A stretch of DNA of 64,000 nucleotides from Candidatus Methylomirabilis sp. (GTDB lineage: Bacteria; Patescibacteriota; DYJS01): assembly GCA_020723005.1 (NCBI GenBank), contig DYJS01000001.1, forward strand, positions 25,951 to 89,950. The letters run 5' to 3'. Shown piece after piece: positions 9,055 to 18,918 of the stretch. The position numbers were made by a program, and so were the translations under genes. Under the pieces are notes generated by a model. The model searched no databases. It worked only from the letters and a program-made list of their open reading frames with translations, and was not told where the DNA came from. How positions within the stretch are numbered: position 1 is the stretch's first letter; every line of letters starts with the position of its first letter.

Positions 9055-11505
9055 TTATTTCAGCTTTTCTAAGATTTTTTCAATTTCTTCGTTCTCTAAA
9101 GTTCTTGTTTCAGATGAAAATTCAAACCTTGCTGTGAATTTTTTAAATTCATTTGTTTCAAAAAGATCAATAATTTCAAAAGAGATTAAAATTTTGTCGT
9201 TATTTTGAGCTTTCTCCTTATTATCTTGAACCTGTTGAAGTGTTTTTAATTTTTCTTCAATCTCATTTTTTAAATCTAAAGTTTTTTTCTCTTTTGAAAA
9301 TTCATAATTTATATCACGAACTATGCTTGGAAATTTTGGTGCATCTTTAAATTTTTTTTCTAAGGATTTTTTTGTGTTTTCTAAATCGCTTAAAGAGATT
9401 TCACAGATAATCGCATTTGCACCTTTGATTTTTATGTCTGAGTCTGAGATAAACCATTTTGAAAATTTTGTTTTGAGGTTAGAAATTTCTACTCCAAAAT
9501 GAATAGAGATTGTTTTTATCACACCAGAAATTTTTCTCATAATCATTTGTGGTGAAGATTTTGAAAGAATTGCAAATGCGAAAGATTTCCATTCTTTATT
9601 TTCTTGCATAGGTAAATTTTTTGGATTTTCTGGTTTTTCAAAAACTTTTCCAATTTCAAATATCATTTGTTCATCATAAAATCCACGATTTTTCTCAAGA
9701 ACATCAAGTAAATTTACAGAGATTTGTGGGCGAAGGAAGCTCATTTTTTTAGAAGGAGCATTTATAATTTCTAAAAGTTTTGATTTATCTAAATTTAAGA
9801 CATCGGCAAATTTTTCGTCTATCATAAAAGAATATGTATAAATTTCAGCAAAACCCATCCCAACCATCAAATCTCGTAGTTTAAATTCCGAATCTATCCA
9901 AGTTTCTTTTTTTGAAGGTTTTGAAAAACCTAAAATTGGAGTGTTAGAAATTTTTGTGAGAGAATCCATTCTCCCAATTTCTTCAACTAAATCTTCAGCA
10001 ATTTCAAGATCAAATCTCCAAGAAGGCACTACGATGGTTAAAGAATTTTCTTCTTGAAATGGATACCTTTTTTTTTCAGAAAAATCTGTAAATTGCGAAG
10101 GTGAAAGACTTGAATCAATTTCTTCCATTTCTTGAGTTTGGGAATTTTTAATAAAAGTTTTTGAATTTGGATTTGGATCAGAAACTTCACAACCTATTTT
10201 CTTTAAACAATCAATTTGAAAATCTAGATCAATTGGATGTCCAATAATTTTTTCTGCAAAATTTTTTGGCAAAAAAATCGTCTTTTTTTCTTCATCAAAA
10301 TTTTTGTAATCAAAAAATTCTGCAGATTTTATCCCCAAATGATTTAGAATAAATTTTTGTGCAAGATCAATATGTGAAAAATCTACACCATGTTCAAATC
10401 TTTGTGCAGCTTCAGAAAGAAGATCAAATTTCCTTGAAGTTTTTCGAATTAAATTTGTTGGAAAGCTTGCAGATTCAATCAAAACCTCTGTTGTATTTTC
10501 ATCTGCTTCAGTATTCAAACCACCCATCACTCCAGCCAATCCAACTGGAACAGAATTATTCGTAACAAGCAAATCGTTTTCATTCAAAATTCTTTCGTTT
10601 CCATCGAGTGTTGTAAACTTTTCATTAATTTTTCCTGTCCGAACCCCAATCTGAATTTTTCCATTTCCAACTTTTTTAAGTTTTTGATAATCAAAAACAT
10701 GAAAAGGTTGTCCTGTTATAAGCATTGCAAAATTTGTTGCATCCACAAGCCTAGAGATTGGACGAATTCCATTACTAGCTAAAATTTGAGAAATGTAGAG
10801 ATCAGATTTTTGTTCTGAAAAAGAAAATTTTGATAAGGCAAATCTTTTTATTCGTTTATCAAATTCACCAAAAATATTTTCTTTACTTTGCAAAAGTTCA
10901 ACTTCTGGAAATTTAAAATTTACTTTCAAATTTAAAAATGCACCGATTTCTCTTGCAACTCCAATATATGAAAACATATCTGCACGGTTTGAAAGTGCTT
11001 TGTTGTCAATTTCAAGAACAAAATCGTTAAAATATGGAAAAACTTCAAGCAATTTTCCAAGATGAGTATTTTCTGGAAAAATAAAAATTCCAGAATGATC
11101 AATTCCAAGCCCAAGCTCTTTTTGTGAAAGCGAAACCCTTTCACTAATAATTCCTCGCAAATCTTTTGCTTCTACAACAAACGAAAGATGTCCAAATCCA
11201 CCCGGAATTGTTCCACCTTTTTCAACAACTGCAATTTTGTCTCTAACTTTCAAGTTTTTTGCACCTGTGACGACTTGATAATTTTTACCATCAAGTTTTT
11301 TTACTTCCAATAAAACTAATTTTTCTGCATTTGGATGATTCTCAATTTTTTCAACTTGAGCAATTTCAATGTCTTTATATTTTTCTCCAAAATTTACAAC
11401 TGGATCATTTTCTGCAATATTTAAAGTCATAAATTTTGCCAAATCATAAGGATTTGGTAGTTTTTCATCAAAAAATGTTTGAAGTAAATTGTAGGAAAGT
11501 TTCAA
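9055..11505 (-). CDS. pheT: Phenylalanine--tRNA ligase beta subunit
   Basis: 816 aa. The N-terminus MKLSYNLLQTFFDEKLP...HPNAEKLVLLEV carries the tRNA-binding domain. The B3/4 and B5 regions are also present. No pheS gene is adjacent. Confidence 0.9.
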   Translation of the reverse strand: MKLSYNLLQTFFDEKLPNPYDLAKFMTLNIAENDPVVNFGEKYKDIEIAQVEKIENHPNAEKLVLLEVKKLDGKNYQVVTGAKNLKVRDKIAVVEKGGTIPGGFGHLSFVVEAKDLRGIISERVSLSQKELGLGIDHSGIFIFPENTHLGKLLEVFPYFNDFVLEIDNKALSNRADMFSYIGVAREIGAFLNLKVNFKFPEVELLQSKENIFGEFDKRIKRFALSKFSFSEQKSDLYISQILASNGIRPISRLVDATNFAMLITGQPFHVFDYQKLKKVGNGKIQIGVRTGKINEKFTTLDGNERILNENDLLVTNNSVPVGLAGVMGGLNTEADENTTEVLIESASFPTNLIRKTSRKFDLLSEAAQRFEHGVDFSHIDLAQKFILNHLGIKSAEFFDYKNFDEEKKTIFLPKNFAEKIIGHPIDLDFQIDCLKKIGCEVSDPNPNSKTFIKNSQTQEMEEIDSSLSPSQFTDFSEKKRYPFQEENSLTIVVPSWRFDLEIAEDLVEEIGRMDSLTKISNTPILGFSKPSKKETWIDSEFKLRDLMVGMGFAEIYTYSFMIDEKFADVLNLDKSKLLEIINAPSKKMSFLRPQISVNLLDVLEKNRGFYDEQMIFEIGKVFEKPENPKNLPMQENKEWKSFAFAILSKSSPQMIMRKISGVIKTISIHFGVEISNLKTKFSKWFISDSDIKIKGANAIICEISLSDLENTKKSLEKKFKDAPKFPSIVRDINYEFSKEKKTLDLKNEIEEKLKTLQQVQDNKEKAQNNDKILISFEIIDLFETNEFKKFTARFEFSSETRTLENEEIEKILEKLK

Positions 11506-11793
11506 ATAAAATTTTTACGAAGTGAATCTAGAAAAAGATTTTAAAAAGTGAAGATTCCAAGAATTTTAAAGAATATTTTTAAAACAGATAATAAATTATT
11601 GAATTTTAAATTTTTATTTTAAAAATTTTTTTATTAACCTTACTAAACAAATAGTATCGTTTTAAAATATAAATTAAAGTTAAATATAATTTTTTAATAA
11701 AAGTTTTTTTGAAGTAAAATTTTTAATTTCTAGCTTCTTGTTGAATTTTTTTAAAAAATAAAACGAAAATCAAAAATTTTTTTTACTATTTTT

Positions 11794-13360
11794 TTGATTT
11801 TTGCATACTTTTTTTCTCTTTTTTCATCTGTTCAAAATTCAATAACAATAGATGAAGAGTATCATATTGTTCGCGGAATTTTTGCAATACAAACCAAAGA
11901 TTTTAGAATAAACATAGACCATCCACCATTTGCAAATGTTTTTGATGTAATTTTAGTGCAAATTTTTCTCTCACCAAAGTTTGATAAAACAGATTGGTGC
12001 TTTGAAGTTGCAAACAAAGATTGTCTTGCAGATAGATTTTTATTTGAATGGAATAAGGAGAAAATTTGGGAAATTCTTTTCTTAGCAAGAGCATCAAATT
12101 TAATTTTTTTTCTTGGACTTTTAATTTTAATTTTTTTCACAACAAAAAAATTTTTTGGTGAAAAATCTGCTTGGTTCGCCTTTTTAATTTCAATTTTTTG
12201 GCCAAATTTTTTGAGTAGTGGAATTAGCATTACAACAGATATGGCTTCATCATTTTTCTTTTTTACAATTTTTTCTTTTATAATTTTTAATTTTGAAAAT
12301 TTTGAAAAAATCTTTTTTTCAATCATACTTGGAATTTTACTTGGTGCTGGAATGCTCATAAAATATTCATTGGTTGCAATTTTGCCAATAATTATTTTTT
12401 TATATTTTTGGAGATTTGATAAACCAATTTTAAAAGGTTTAATTTCTGCTTTTTTTATGCTTTTTATTATTTCTGCTGGCTATCTTTTTCAATTCAAATC
12501 TTGGAAAGAAACTCCAAAATCAGAAAGTCATACAGAGTGGTATTTGGATTTATTTTTTGGAAAGTTCAGACAAGAAAATTAAGCCTGCAATAAAGTTTTT
12601 TTATGAAGATTTAAAAACTCCTTTTGTGTATTGGTATCGTGGTTTTTTTGATAATGGAATGGGACAATATTCTGGTGTAAGAGAAAAATATAGTTTTTTT
12701 TTAAATGAACAATCTAAAGATGGTTTTAAATTTTATTTTCTTTTCTCTTTTGTTTTCAAAAATCCAATTTCAACAACAATAATTTTTATTTTTTCTTCTA
12801 TTTTTTTACTAAAGAAAAAAAAATTATTGGACGAAGAAAAATTACTTTTTGGAATTTTTATATTTTTAATTTTTATTTTTTCTATAAGCAAAATAAATCT
12901 TGGTTATAGACATGGAATTTTAGCAGATCCTTTCACAATTCTTATCTCTTCGTATATTTTTTCAATTAAAAAATTCGGGAAAATTTTTATTCCACTTTCA
13001 GTTTTTGGTTTTGTCTCTGTGATTTCATCTTTTCCTCACACAATTTCCTATATAAACAATTTGGTTTCTGAAAAAGATAAATTTCATCTTTTTAGAAGTT
13101 CCAACATTGAATGGGGACAAGATGATTTTAGAGCTAAAAAATTTGCAAAATTTTTGGGAAAAAAATCTGAAAAAAAAGTTTACATATATTCTACTTTTTT
13201 AGATTTAGAAAAAATTGCACAAGATTCAGATTCATATATTTTGATTGGAAGCAATTCACTTTCTGGACACAACATAATATCTTCTGAAAAAACAAAAATT
13301 TTACGAGGAAAAATTCCAATTTATGTTTTGTTTGGAAGTTGGTATGTTTTTGAGATTTAA
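11794..13360 (+). pseudogene. GT83/PMT_2-family (ArnT-like) membrane glycosyltransferase split into two ORFs by a frameshift at a T6 run; could be a pseudogene or a homopolymer sequencing error
   Basis: ORF 11794..12582 has the N-terminus ...ITIDEEYHIVRGI...HPPFANVF and many TM segments. ORF 12557..13360 starts with TTG and continues in another frame. The two overlap at tattttttgg (12551-12560). Confidence 0.4.
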
Positions 13361-13363
13361 AAT

Positions 13364-14041
13364 TTATTTCTTCTCTTCTGTTTGGTTTTGTTGAATTGGA
13401 TTTTGTTGTGGAATCCCTCCATAAAAAGGCATTGTTGCAATAAATTGTGGATTTTGATTTTGCTGTGGAGCAGATTCTTCTTTTACTTCTTTGACAGGAG
13501 TTATACTTCCAAGTAAAAAATCTTCTAAAATAAGACCACGACTTTCGAAAGCTTCTTTTAGTTTCATTTGAATTGCATTTTCAATTAAATGTCTCTGGCT
13601 GGAAAAAATTTGTTCAGATTGAAAGGTTCCAATTTCGCTTGTCAAACGATTTCTTGTGATTGGTTTTACAACTTTTTCAATAAAATCTTCGCCAACATTT
13701 TGCCAAATTTCTGGAATTTTGTCTTCGTTTAATCGAAAAAGAACAGTTCCTTCTATCTCTAGTTTTTTTCCGTCAGAAGTTGTTGCTTGAACAGATTTAT
13801 CTAAAATAGATTTTTCTTCATCTGATAGTTCTTTTCGAAGTGTATATTCAAGTGTTTGAACATTAAAAAGTTTTGCTTTTTGCCAAAGAGGAATTTTAAA
13901 ATGAAGACCGGGTTTTAAAATTTTTTTTATTACACCCCGTCCATGATCATAAATACAGGCAACATATCCTGGTGGAACTGAAACAAAAATTCCAGCAAAA
14001 ACATCGTCTACAACGACAGAAACCAAAAGTTTGTCAATCAA
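13364..14041 (-). CDS. SPFH/band-7 (prohibitin/HflC-like) domain protein
   Basis: N-terminal TM, then the SPFH core VPPGYVACIYDHGRGVIKKILKPGLHFKIPLWQKAKLFNVQTLEY. The C-terminus is Q/P-rich. Confidence 0.75.
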   Translation of the reverse strand: MIDKLLVSVVVDDVFAGIFVSVPPGYVACIYDHGRGVIKKILKPGLHFKIPLWQKAKLFNVQTLEYTLRKELSDEEKSILDKSVQATTSDGKKLEIEGTVLFRLNEDKIPEIWQNVGEDFIEKVVKPITRNRLTSEIGTFQSEQIFSSQRHLIENAIQMKLKEAFESRGLILEDFLLGSITPVKEVKEESAPQQNQNPQFIATMPFYGGIPQQNPIQQNQTEEKK

Positions 14042-14214
14042 AATCTTTTTAATTCATCTCTCTTCTAATAAATTTTTTAAAAAAATGAAGAAGAAAGAAT
14101 AAATTAATTATATTTTTAAAATTTAGAAATTCTTTATTTTATAAAATTTTATATTGAGAGATTTGTTGTTAAAAGAAAATTTTTTTTTAGAAAAATTTTG
14201 AATAAAAATTCTAA

Positions 14215-14781
14215 ATGTTTTTATCTGATATAGATATCAAAAATGCCATTGTGACTGGTGATATAAAAATTGAAAATTTTGACGAAAATCGTTTACAACC
14301 ATCAAGTTATGATATTTTGCTTGGAAATGATTTTTTACGATTTGATAAATCTAAAATTTCTGTGATTGATCCAAAAGTTTCAATTTCAGAATTTATGATA
14401 AGAGAAAAAATTTCTGATGGGGATTTTATAACTTTAAATCCTCAAGAATTTATTTTAGGTGTGACAAAAGATTTTATTGGAGTTTCTTCAAGATACAATT
14501 GTCAATTGATGGGAAAAAGTTCTCTAGCGAGATTAGGATTAATAATTCATACAACTGCTGGTTTTTTGGATCCTGGCAACGAAATCAACCTAACTTTAGA
14601 GCTTTTTAATGTGAACAACATTCCAATAAAACTTTATCCAAATATGAAAATAGGACAAGTTGCATTTGCCAAACTTCTTACACCTTCTGAAAAAAAATAT
14701 GGTGATCCATCTTTAAATAGCAAATACTTTGGTTCAAGATCTGTTCAAGCAAGTGAGATGTGGAAAAATTTTAGGAAATAA
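14215..14781 (+). CDS. dcd: dCTP deaminase
   Basis: MFLSDIDIKNAI..G.IKIENFDE..LQPSSYDILLG and GFLDPGNEINLTLELFN are hallmark dCTP deaminase motifs. Confidence 0.85.
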   Translation: MFLSDIDIKNAIVTGDIKIENFDENRLQPSSYDILLGNDFLRFDKSKISVIDPKVSISEFMIREKISDGDFITLNPQEFILGVTKDFIGVSSRYNCQLMGKSSLARLGLIIHTTAGFLDPGNEINLTLELFNVNNIPIKLYPNMKIGQVAFAKLLTPSEKKYGDPSLNSKYFGSRSVQASEMWKNFRK

Positions 14782-14797
14782 ATAAAGATTAAAAATA

Positions 14798-15229
14798 TTA
14801 TTTATTGTCAGATTTAGATTTTTTAAACTCTATTTTTGAAAGTTCTACTTTAAATTCTATTTTATCTTGGAGTGCAATATGAAATAAATTATATGACAGG
14901 TATGGATATAGTGTCATTATCGCAATAAACAAAGGCACTGTTTCTGGATTTTTCGTCAATTCCGTTATTTTATGAATTGATAATGCTGGTAGCATAGCAA
15001 TTAGTATACCAAGCATAGATGCAAAAGCTCTATTAAACAAACCAATTTCAATAATAATTTTTCCTGTTATCCCCGTGATTTTTTCTGGTTGAGTTGCTTC
15101 TATCTGACCATCATTTGGAATGCTTTCTATTGTTCCCATTGGAGCACCACACATCTTACAAATTTCATGAGGTTCTGTATATTTTGTTTTACAATATTTA
15201 CAAATAAATAAACTTGTTTCATTTGTCAT
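14798..15229 (-). CDS. Zinc-ribbon membrane protein, unknown function
   Basis: N-terminal CKYC-x9-H-x2-CKMC zinc ribbon, then two hydrophobic helices. It lies downstream of the conserved TTGACT-(TC)7-TAGAAT promoter element. Confidence 0.5.
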   Translation of the reverse strand: MTNETSLFICKYCKTKYTEPHEICKMCGAPMGTIESIPNDGQIEATQPEKITGITGKIIIEIGLFNRAFASMLGILIAMLPALSIHKITELTKNPETVPLFIAIMTLYPYLSYNLFHIALQDKIEFKVELSKIEFKKSKSDNK

Positions 15230-15282
15230 TTCTTGAAATTTAATTAAAAAATCCTTCTCAAAAATTTACTTCTTGAAGTTTG

Positions 15283-15308
15283 ATTCTAGAGAGAGAGAGA
15301 GAAGTCAA
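15283..15308 (-). promoter_or_regulatory. Promoter-like element TTGACT-(TC)7-TAGAAT on the minus strand, copy C of a recurring motif
   Basis: The reverse complement reads CTCTTGACTTCTCTCTCTCTCTCTAGAATCAAACTTCAAGAAG. It sits about 50 nt upstream of the start of the 14798..15229 gene. Confidence 0.45.
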
Positions 15309-15311
15309 GAG

Positions 15312-16631
15312 ATGTTTAAAAATTTAAAAAATTTACGATACAAACTAACAAAAAATATCAAATTAGAGAATTTAAAAAACTTTTTTATTCGAATACCAAG
15401 AGCTTTTTTTTATTCTTTGAAAGAGAATTTTCCCGGAAAAAATTCTTCTCTTGGAATTATTGGAATTACAGGAACAAAGGGGAAAACTTCTGTTGCTTTT
15501 ATTTTATATCATATTTTAAATTCAAAATTTAGAACTTCGTTAATTTCTACAATTGAAGCAAAAATTGGTTCAGAAAATGTTGATACAGGGTTTCATGTAA
15601 CAAGTCCAGATTCAAATCAGATTTATAAACTTTTAAAAAAATCTCTTGAAGCAAAATCAGAAAAGGTAGTTTTTGAAACAACTTCACACGGAATGTTTCA
15701 AAAAAGAGTAGAATTTGTTGATTTTGAAGTTGCAGTTTTTACGAACATTGCAAGAGATCATCTTGATTATCATCCAACTTTTGAACATTATTTATGGTCA
15801 AAATCTTTGCTTTTTCGTGGAAAAAAGCTCAAACTTTCTGTTTTAAATTTTGACGATAAACTTAGTTTTGAATATCTCAAAAAATGTGCAAAAGGAAAAA
15901 TTGTTTCGTATTCAATTAAAAATGAAAAAGCTGATATTTTTGGAAAGATTTTGGAAATTAGCGAAAAAGGAACAAGATTTTTAGTAAAAAGAGAGAATTT
16001 TAAACAAGAATTTTTTATGCCAGTTGTTGGAGAAGTTTATGTTTCAAATGCTTTGTCTTCCATTGCCGTTGCTCTTTTTTATGGAATGAGTTTAAAGGAG
16101 ATCTCTGAAAGTTTAAGAAATTTTACTGGAGTTTCTGGAAGAATGGAAAAAATTGATGAGGGGCAAAATTTTTCAGTTTTTGTGGATTTTGCTCATACAC
16201 CAGATTCTTTGCAAAAACTTTTAGAGGGAATTCGAAAAATTAGAAAATCTGAAAAGCAAAAAATTTTTGCAGTTTTTGGAAATGCTGGAGAAAGAGATCC
16301 TGAACGGAGAAAAATGGGTGGAGTTTCTGCAAAACTTTCTGATATAACAATTCTTACAGCAGAAGATCCAAGAAGCGAAGGGGTTGAAAAAATTATGAGC
16401 GAAGCTGAAAAATATGCAGTTGAGAATGGTGCAATTTTAAACAAAAATCTCTTTAAAATTAGCGATAGAAGAATTGCAATAAAAACTGCTTTTGAAATGG
16501 CAAAAGATGGAGACTTCGTTCTTCTTTCTGGAAAAGGTCACGAACAGAGTATGAATTTTGGAAATGGGGAAGAGTGGTGGGATGATCGAGTTGTTGCAAG
16601 AGAGGAGTTGAGAAAATTGCTAGGAAAATAA
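15312..16631 (+). CDS. murE: Mur ligase, most likely UDP-MurNAc-L-Ala-D-Glu:2,6-diaminopimelate ligase (MurE-like)
   Basis: P-loop GITGTKGKTS, DHLDYH, GKGHE and a DNPR-like LTAEDPRSEG motif. The track ORF begins with TTG at 15273 and reads through the (GA)7 tract as RERER. The ATG at 15312 is the more plausible start. Confidence 0.7.
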   Translation: MFKNLKNLRYKLTKNIKLENLKNFFIRIPRAFFYSLKENFPGKNSSLGIIGITGTKGKTSVAFILYHILNSKFRTSLISTIEAKIGSENVDTGFHVTSPDSNQIYKLLKKSLEAKSEKVVFETTSHGMFQKRVEFVDFEVAVFTNIARDHLDYHPTFEHYLWSKSLLFRGKKLKLSVLNFDDKLSFEYLKKCAKGKIVSYSIKNEKADIFGKILEISEKGTRFLVKRENFKQEFFMPVVGEVYVSNALSSIAVALFYGMSLKEISESLRNFTGVSGRMEKIDEGQNFSVFVDFAHTPDSLQKLLEGIRKIRKSEKQKIFAVFGNAGERDPERRKMGGVSAKLSDITILTAEDPRSEGVEKIMSEAEKYAVENGAILNKNLFKISDRRIAIKTAFEMAKDGDFVLLSGKGHEQSMNFGNGEEWWDDRVVAREELRKLLGK

Positions 16632-16649
16632 ATTCATAATTTTTTTAAA

Positions 16650-17139
16650 TGTCTCAAAAATATATATTCCAAGAAAAAAGTTTTGCATCATATTTGCAGG
16701 CTGTGTTGGAAGCGGAAAATCCCCAGTTTCAAATTTTTTGAGTTTTAATTTGCAACTTCTAGTTTTTGCAAACGATCTTATTAGGAGCGAAGTTGCTGAA
16801 AACGAAAAATCTGAAAAAGATTTTTTTGAAACTGCAAAAAGTCGTATTACATCAATTTTACAGAAAAAATTTCTTTTATATATGATACAAGTGTTGATAG
16901 AAACTGGGAAAATTTAAAAGAAAAATTAAAAGGAAATGGTTACAAAATTTTTTTAATTAGTATAGATTTACTAAAAGAAAGGCTAGAAAAATTTTATAAA
17001 ATTAAAGGACATGAAGAATCTTTGAAAAGAACTGATCAAATTTTTTTAGATCACAAAAATTTTGTGGATAAATATTTTTCAGATATAAATTTTTTTGTTA
17101 ATGAAAAAATTTTGAAAAAAGAATGGAAGAGAATTTGAA
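16650..17139 (+). pseudogene. Decayed P-loop kinase-like gene with no start codon and a frameshift
   Basis: The frame-A translation FCIIFAGCVGSGKSPVSNF...SRITSILQKKF contains a Walker A motif. It jumps frame at an A6 run near 16870, then continues IYDTSVDRNWENLKEKLKGNGYKIFLISIDLL...KEWKRI*. No ATG opens it. Confidence 0.45.
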
Positions 17140-17314
17140 AAATGTAAAAAATTTTTTAAGTTAAAAGTTTAAAAATTTTTCTATTTTTTTGGAATTTACA
17201 AAATTTCTAAAACATAAAAAGGAAGTTATTTTTTAAAAAATCTTTAAAATAATCAGTTTAAGCTTTTTATTTTTTGTAAAAGATTATTTTTTAAAAAAGA
17301 TTATTTTGAATTTT

Positions 17315-17932
17315 TTATTGAATCAATTTTTCAATAATTTTAATCATTTCAGAAACCATATTTTCTTTTGGAACATCTGTTGTGTCAAAAACAAAATCAT
17401 AAATATTTTCAAAATCAAAGATATCACAGCCATAAATTGAGTTGTATCTTTTTTTATCTGTTTCATTTCTTTTTTTTGTAATTTCAATCATCTCATCAAT
17501 CGAGAATATATTTCCAAATTTTTGTTCTCTTTCACAAATTCTTCTTGCTCTTTCTTTCTCTTCCGCCGTAATCCAGATTTTTATATATGGCAAATTAAGT
17601 CTTTTGATAATTGGTGCAAAATTCATAGATTCAATAATAACTCCACCTTCATAAGAAGCTTCAAAAAGTTTTGTGTCTATTTTTAAATCTATCTCTGGAT
17701 GTTTTGGAACATATTCGCTAAGATATTTTCCAAACTTTTCTTCATTAAATTTTAGTTTTCCAGAAAATTTATCAATATCTCCATAACCAACTTCCAAACA
17801 GATCTGTCTTTGAATTCCACCACCATAAATTCTTCGTAAATTTAGTTTTTCAGCTAATCCTTCTGCGATTGTGGATCTTCCACTTCCACCGGGACCACCA
17901 AGAATAATAACTAATTTTGAAAAATCTTTCAT
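17315..17932 (-). CDS. cmk: Archaeal-type cytidylate kinase (Cytidylate_kin2 family)
   Basis: IILGGPGGSGRSTIAEGLAEKLNL (Walker A), ...IWITAEEKERARRICERE... and KRYNSIYGCDIFDFENIYDFVFDT closely track archaeal CMP kinase. Confidence 0.8.
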   Translation of the reverse strand: MKDFSKLVIILGGPGGSGRSTIAEGLAEKLNLRRIYGGGIQRQICLEVGYGDIDKFSGKLKFNEEKFGKYLSEYVPKHPEIDLKIDTKLFEASYEGGVIIESMNFAPIIKRLNLPYIKIWITAEEKERARRICEREQKFGNIFSIDEMIEITKKRNETDKKRYNSIYGCDIFDFENIYDFVFDTTDVPKENMVSEMIKIIEKLIQ

Positions 17933-17941
17933 AAAAAAATT

Positions 17942-18607
17942 TTAAATTCCAAAAACAAAAAATCTAAAAGGAATACTAACAATATCTACAAACCAACCGA
18001 TTGGGTTTAAAACTCCATTTGTTGCATATGAAACAAAAATTAAAATTAATAATAAAGAAGAACCTTTTTTTTCAAGCTCCCACCAAAAATTATATAATTT
18101 ATTCATAGTTAAAGATTCCAAAATTTTTGATCCATCAAGTGGTGGAATTGGCAGAAGATTGAAAGATGCAAGAGAGATATTAATTAAAGCAAGGTAGTAG
18201 GAAATTTGCATTGCAAGGTAATATGGACTTGAAAAAGATTCAGTCTGAAAAAAATCTTTTGCAAATCGAAAAGGAAACCAAAAAATTGTTGCTAAAAAAA
18301 GATTTGCCAAAGGACCAGCCAAAGAAACAAGAAAGATTCCTGTTTTGACAGAAACTTTTGAAAATCTTGCCGGGTTTATTGGAACAGGTTTTGCAAAACC
18401 AAAACCAGCAATTAGAAAGAAAATTGCTCCAAAAAGATCAAGATGAGCAAAGGGATTTATTGTTAGTCTTCCAGAAATTTTTGCCGTGTCATCTCCAATT
18501 GCATTTGCCACAAATCCGTGAGCAAATTCGTGAAAAGATATTGAAAATAAGAAAATTGAAGCAAAAATTATAAATTGATCGATGTTTGTGAAAAAAAGAT
18601 TTAACAT
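17942..18607 (-). CDS. Site-2 protease family (peptidase M50) intramembrane metalloprotease
   Basis: HEFAHGFVA (HExxH) sits inside a TM helix. There are multiple TM segments and the LDG motif (PPLDGSKI). Confidence 0.8.
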   Translation of the reverse strand: MLNLFFTNIDQFIIFASIFLFSISFHEFAHGFVANAIGDDTAKISGRLTINPFAHLDLFGAIFFLIAGFGFAKPVPINPARFSKVSVKTGIFLVSLAGPLANLFLATIFWFPFRFAKDFFQTESFSSPYYLAMQISYYLALINISLASFNLLPIPPLDGSKILESLTMNKLYNFWWELEKKGSSLLLILIFVSYATNGVLNPIGWFVDIVSIPFRFFVFGI

Positions 18608-18864
18608 AAATTTAAAATTTTTATGAAAACTAAAAAAGTTTATTTTTTTAGCAATATAAAAATAAGTAATTTATTTATTGAAAGTTTTGTTGAAGTATTC
18701 TTAATAAAAATTTTTAAAAAAATTATTATTTTAAGAATTTTTTAAAATATTTGTAAAAAATCTATAAGTGAATTTTTTTAAAAATCTTTAAAAATTATTT
18801 CAAAAATTTACTATGATTTATTAATTTTTGAGAAAGTATAAAAATTTAAAATTTATAGATATTA

Positions 18865-18892
18865 TTGACTTATTTATTAATAAATATATGAT
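18865..18892 (+). promoter_or_regulatory. Sigma70-like promoter for the large surface protein gene
   Basis: TTGACT (18865-18870), a 16-nt spacer, then TATGAT (18887-18892). It lies about 27 nt upstream of the ATG at 18919. Confidence 0.4.
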
Positions 18893-18918
18893 AAGCTGAG
18901 AATTATTAAAAATATAGC

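Noticed and set aside
11862-12359. 165-aa minus-strand ORF and the 11903..12097 ORF
   Set aside because: Both are antisense to the GT83/PMT membrane glycosyltransferase ORF and show no family signal.
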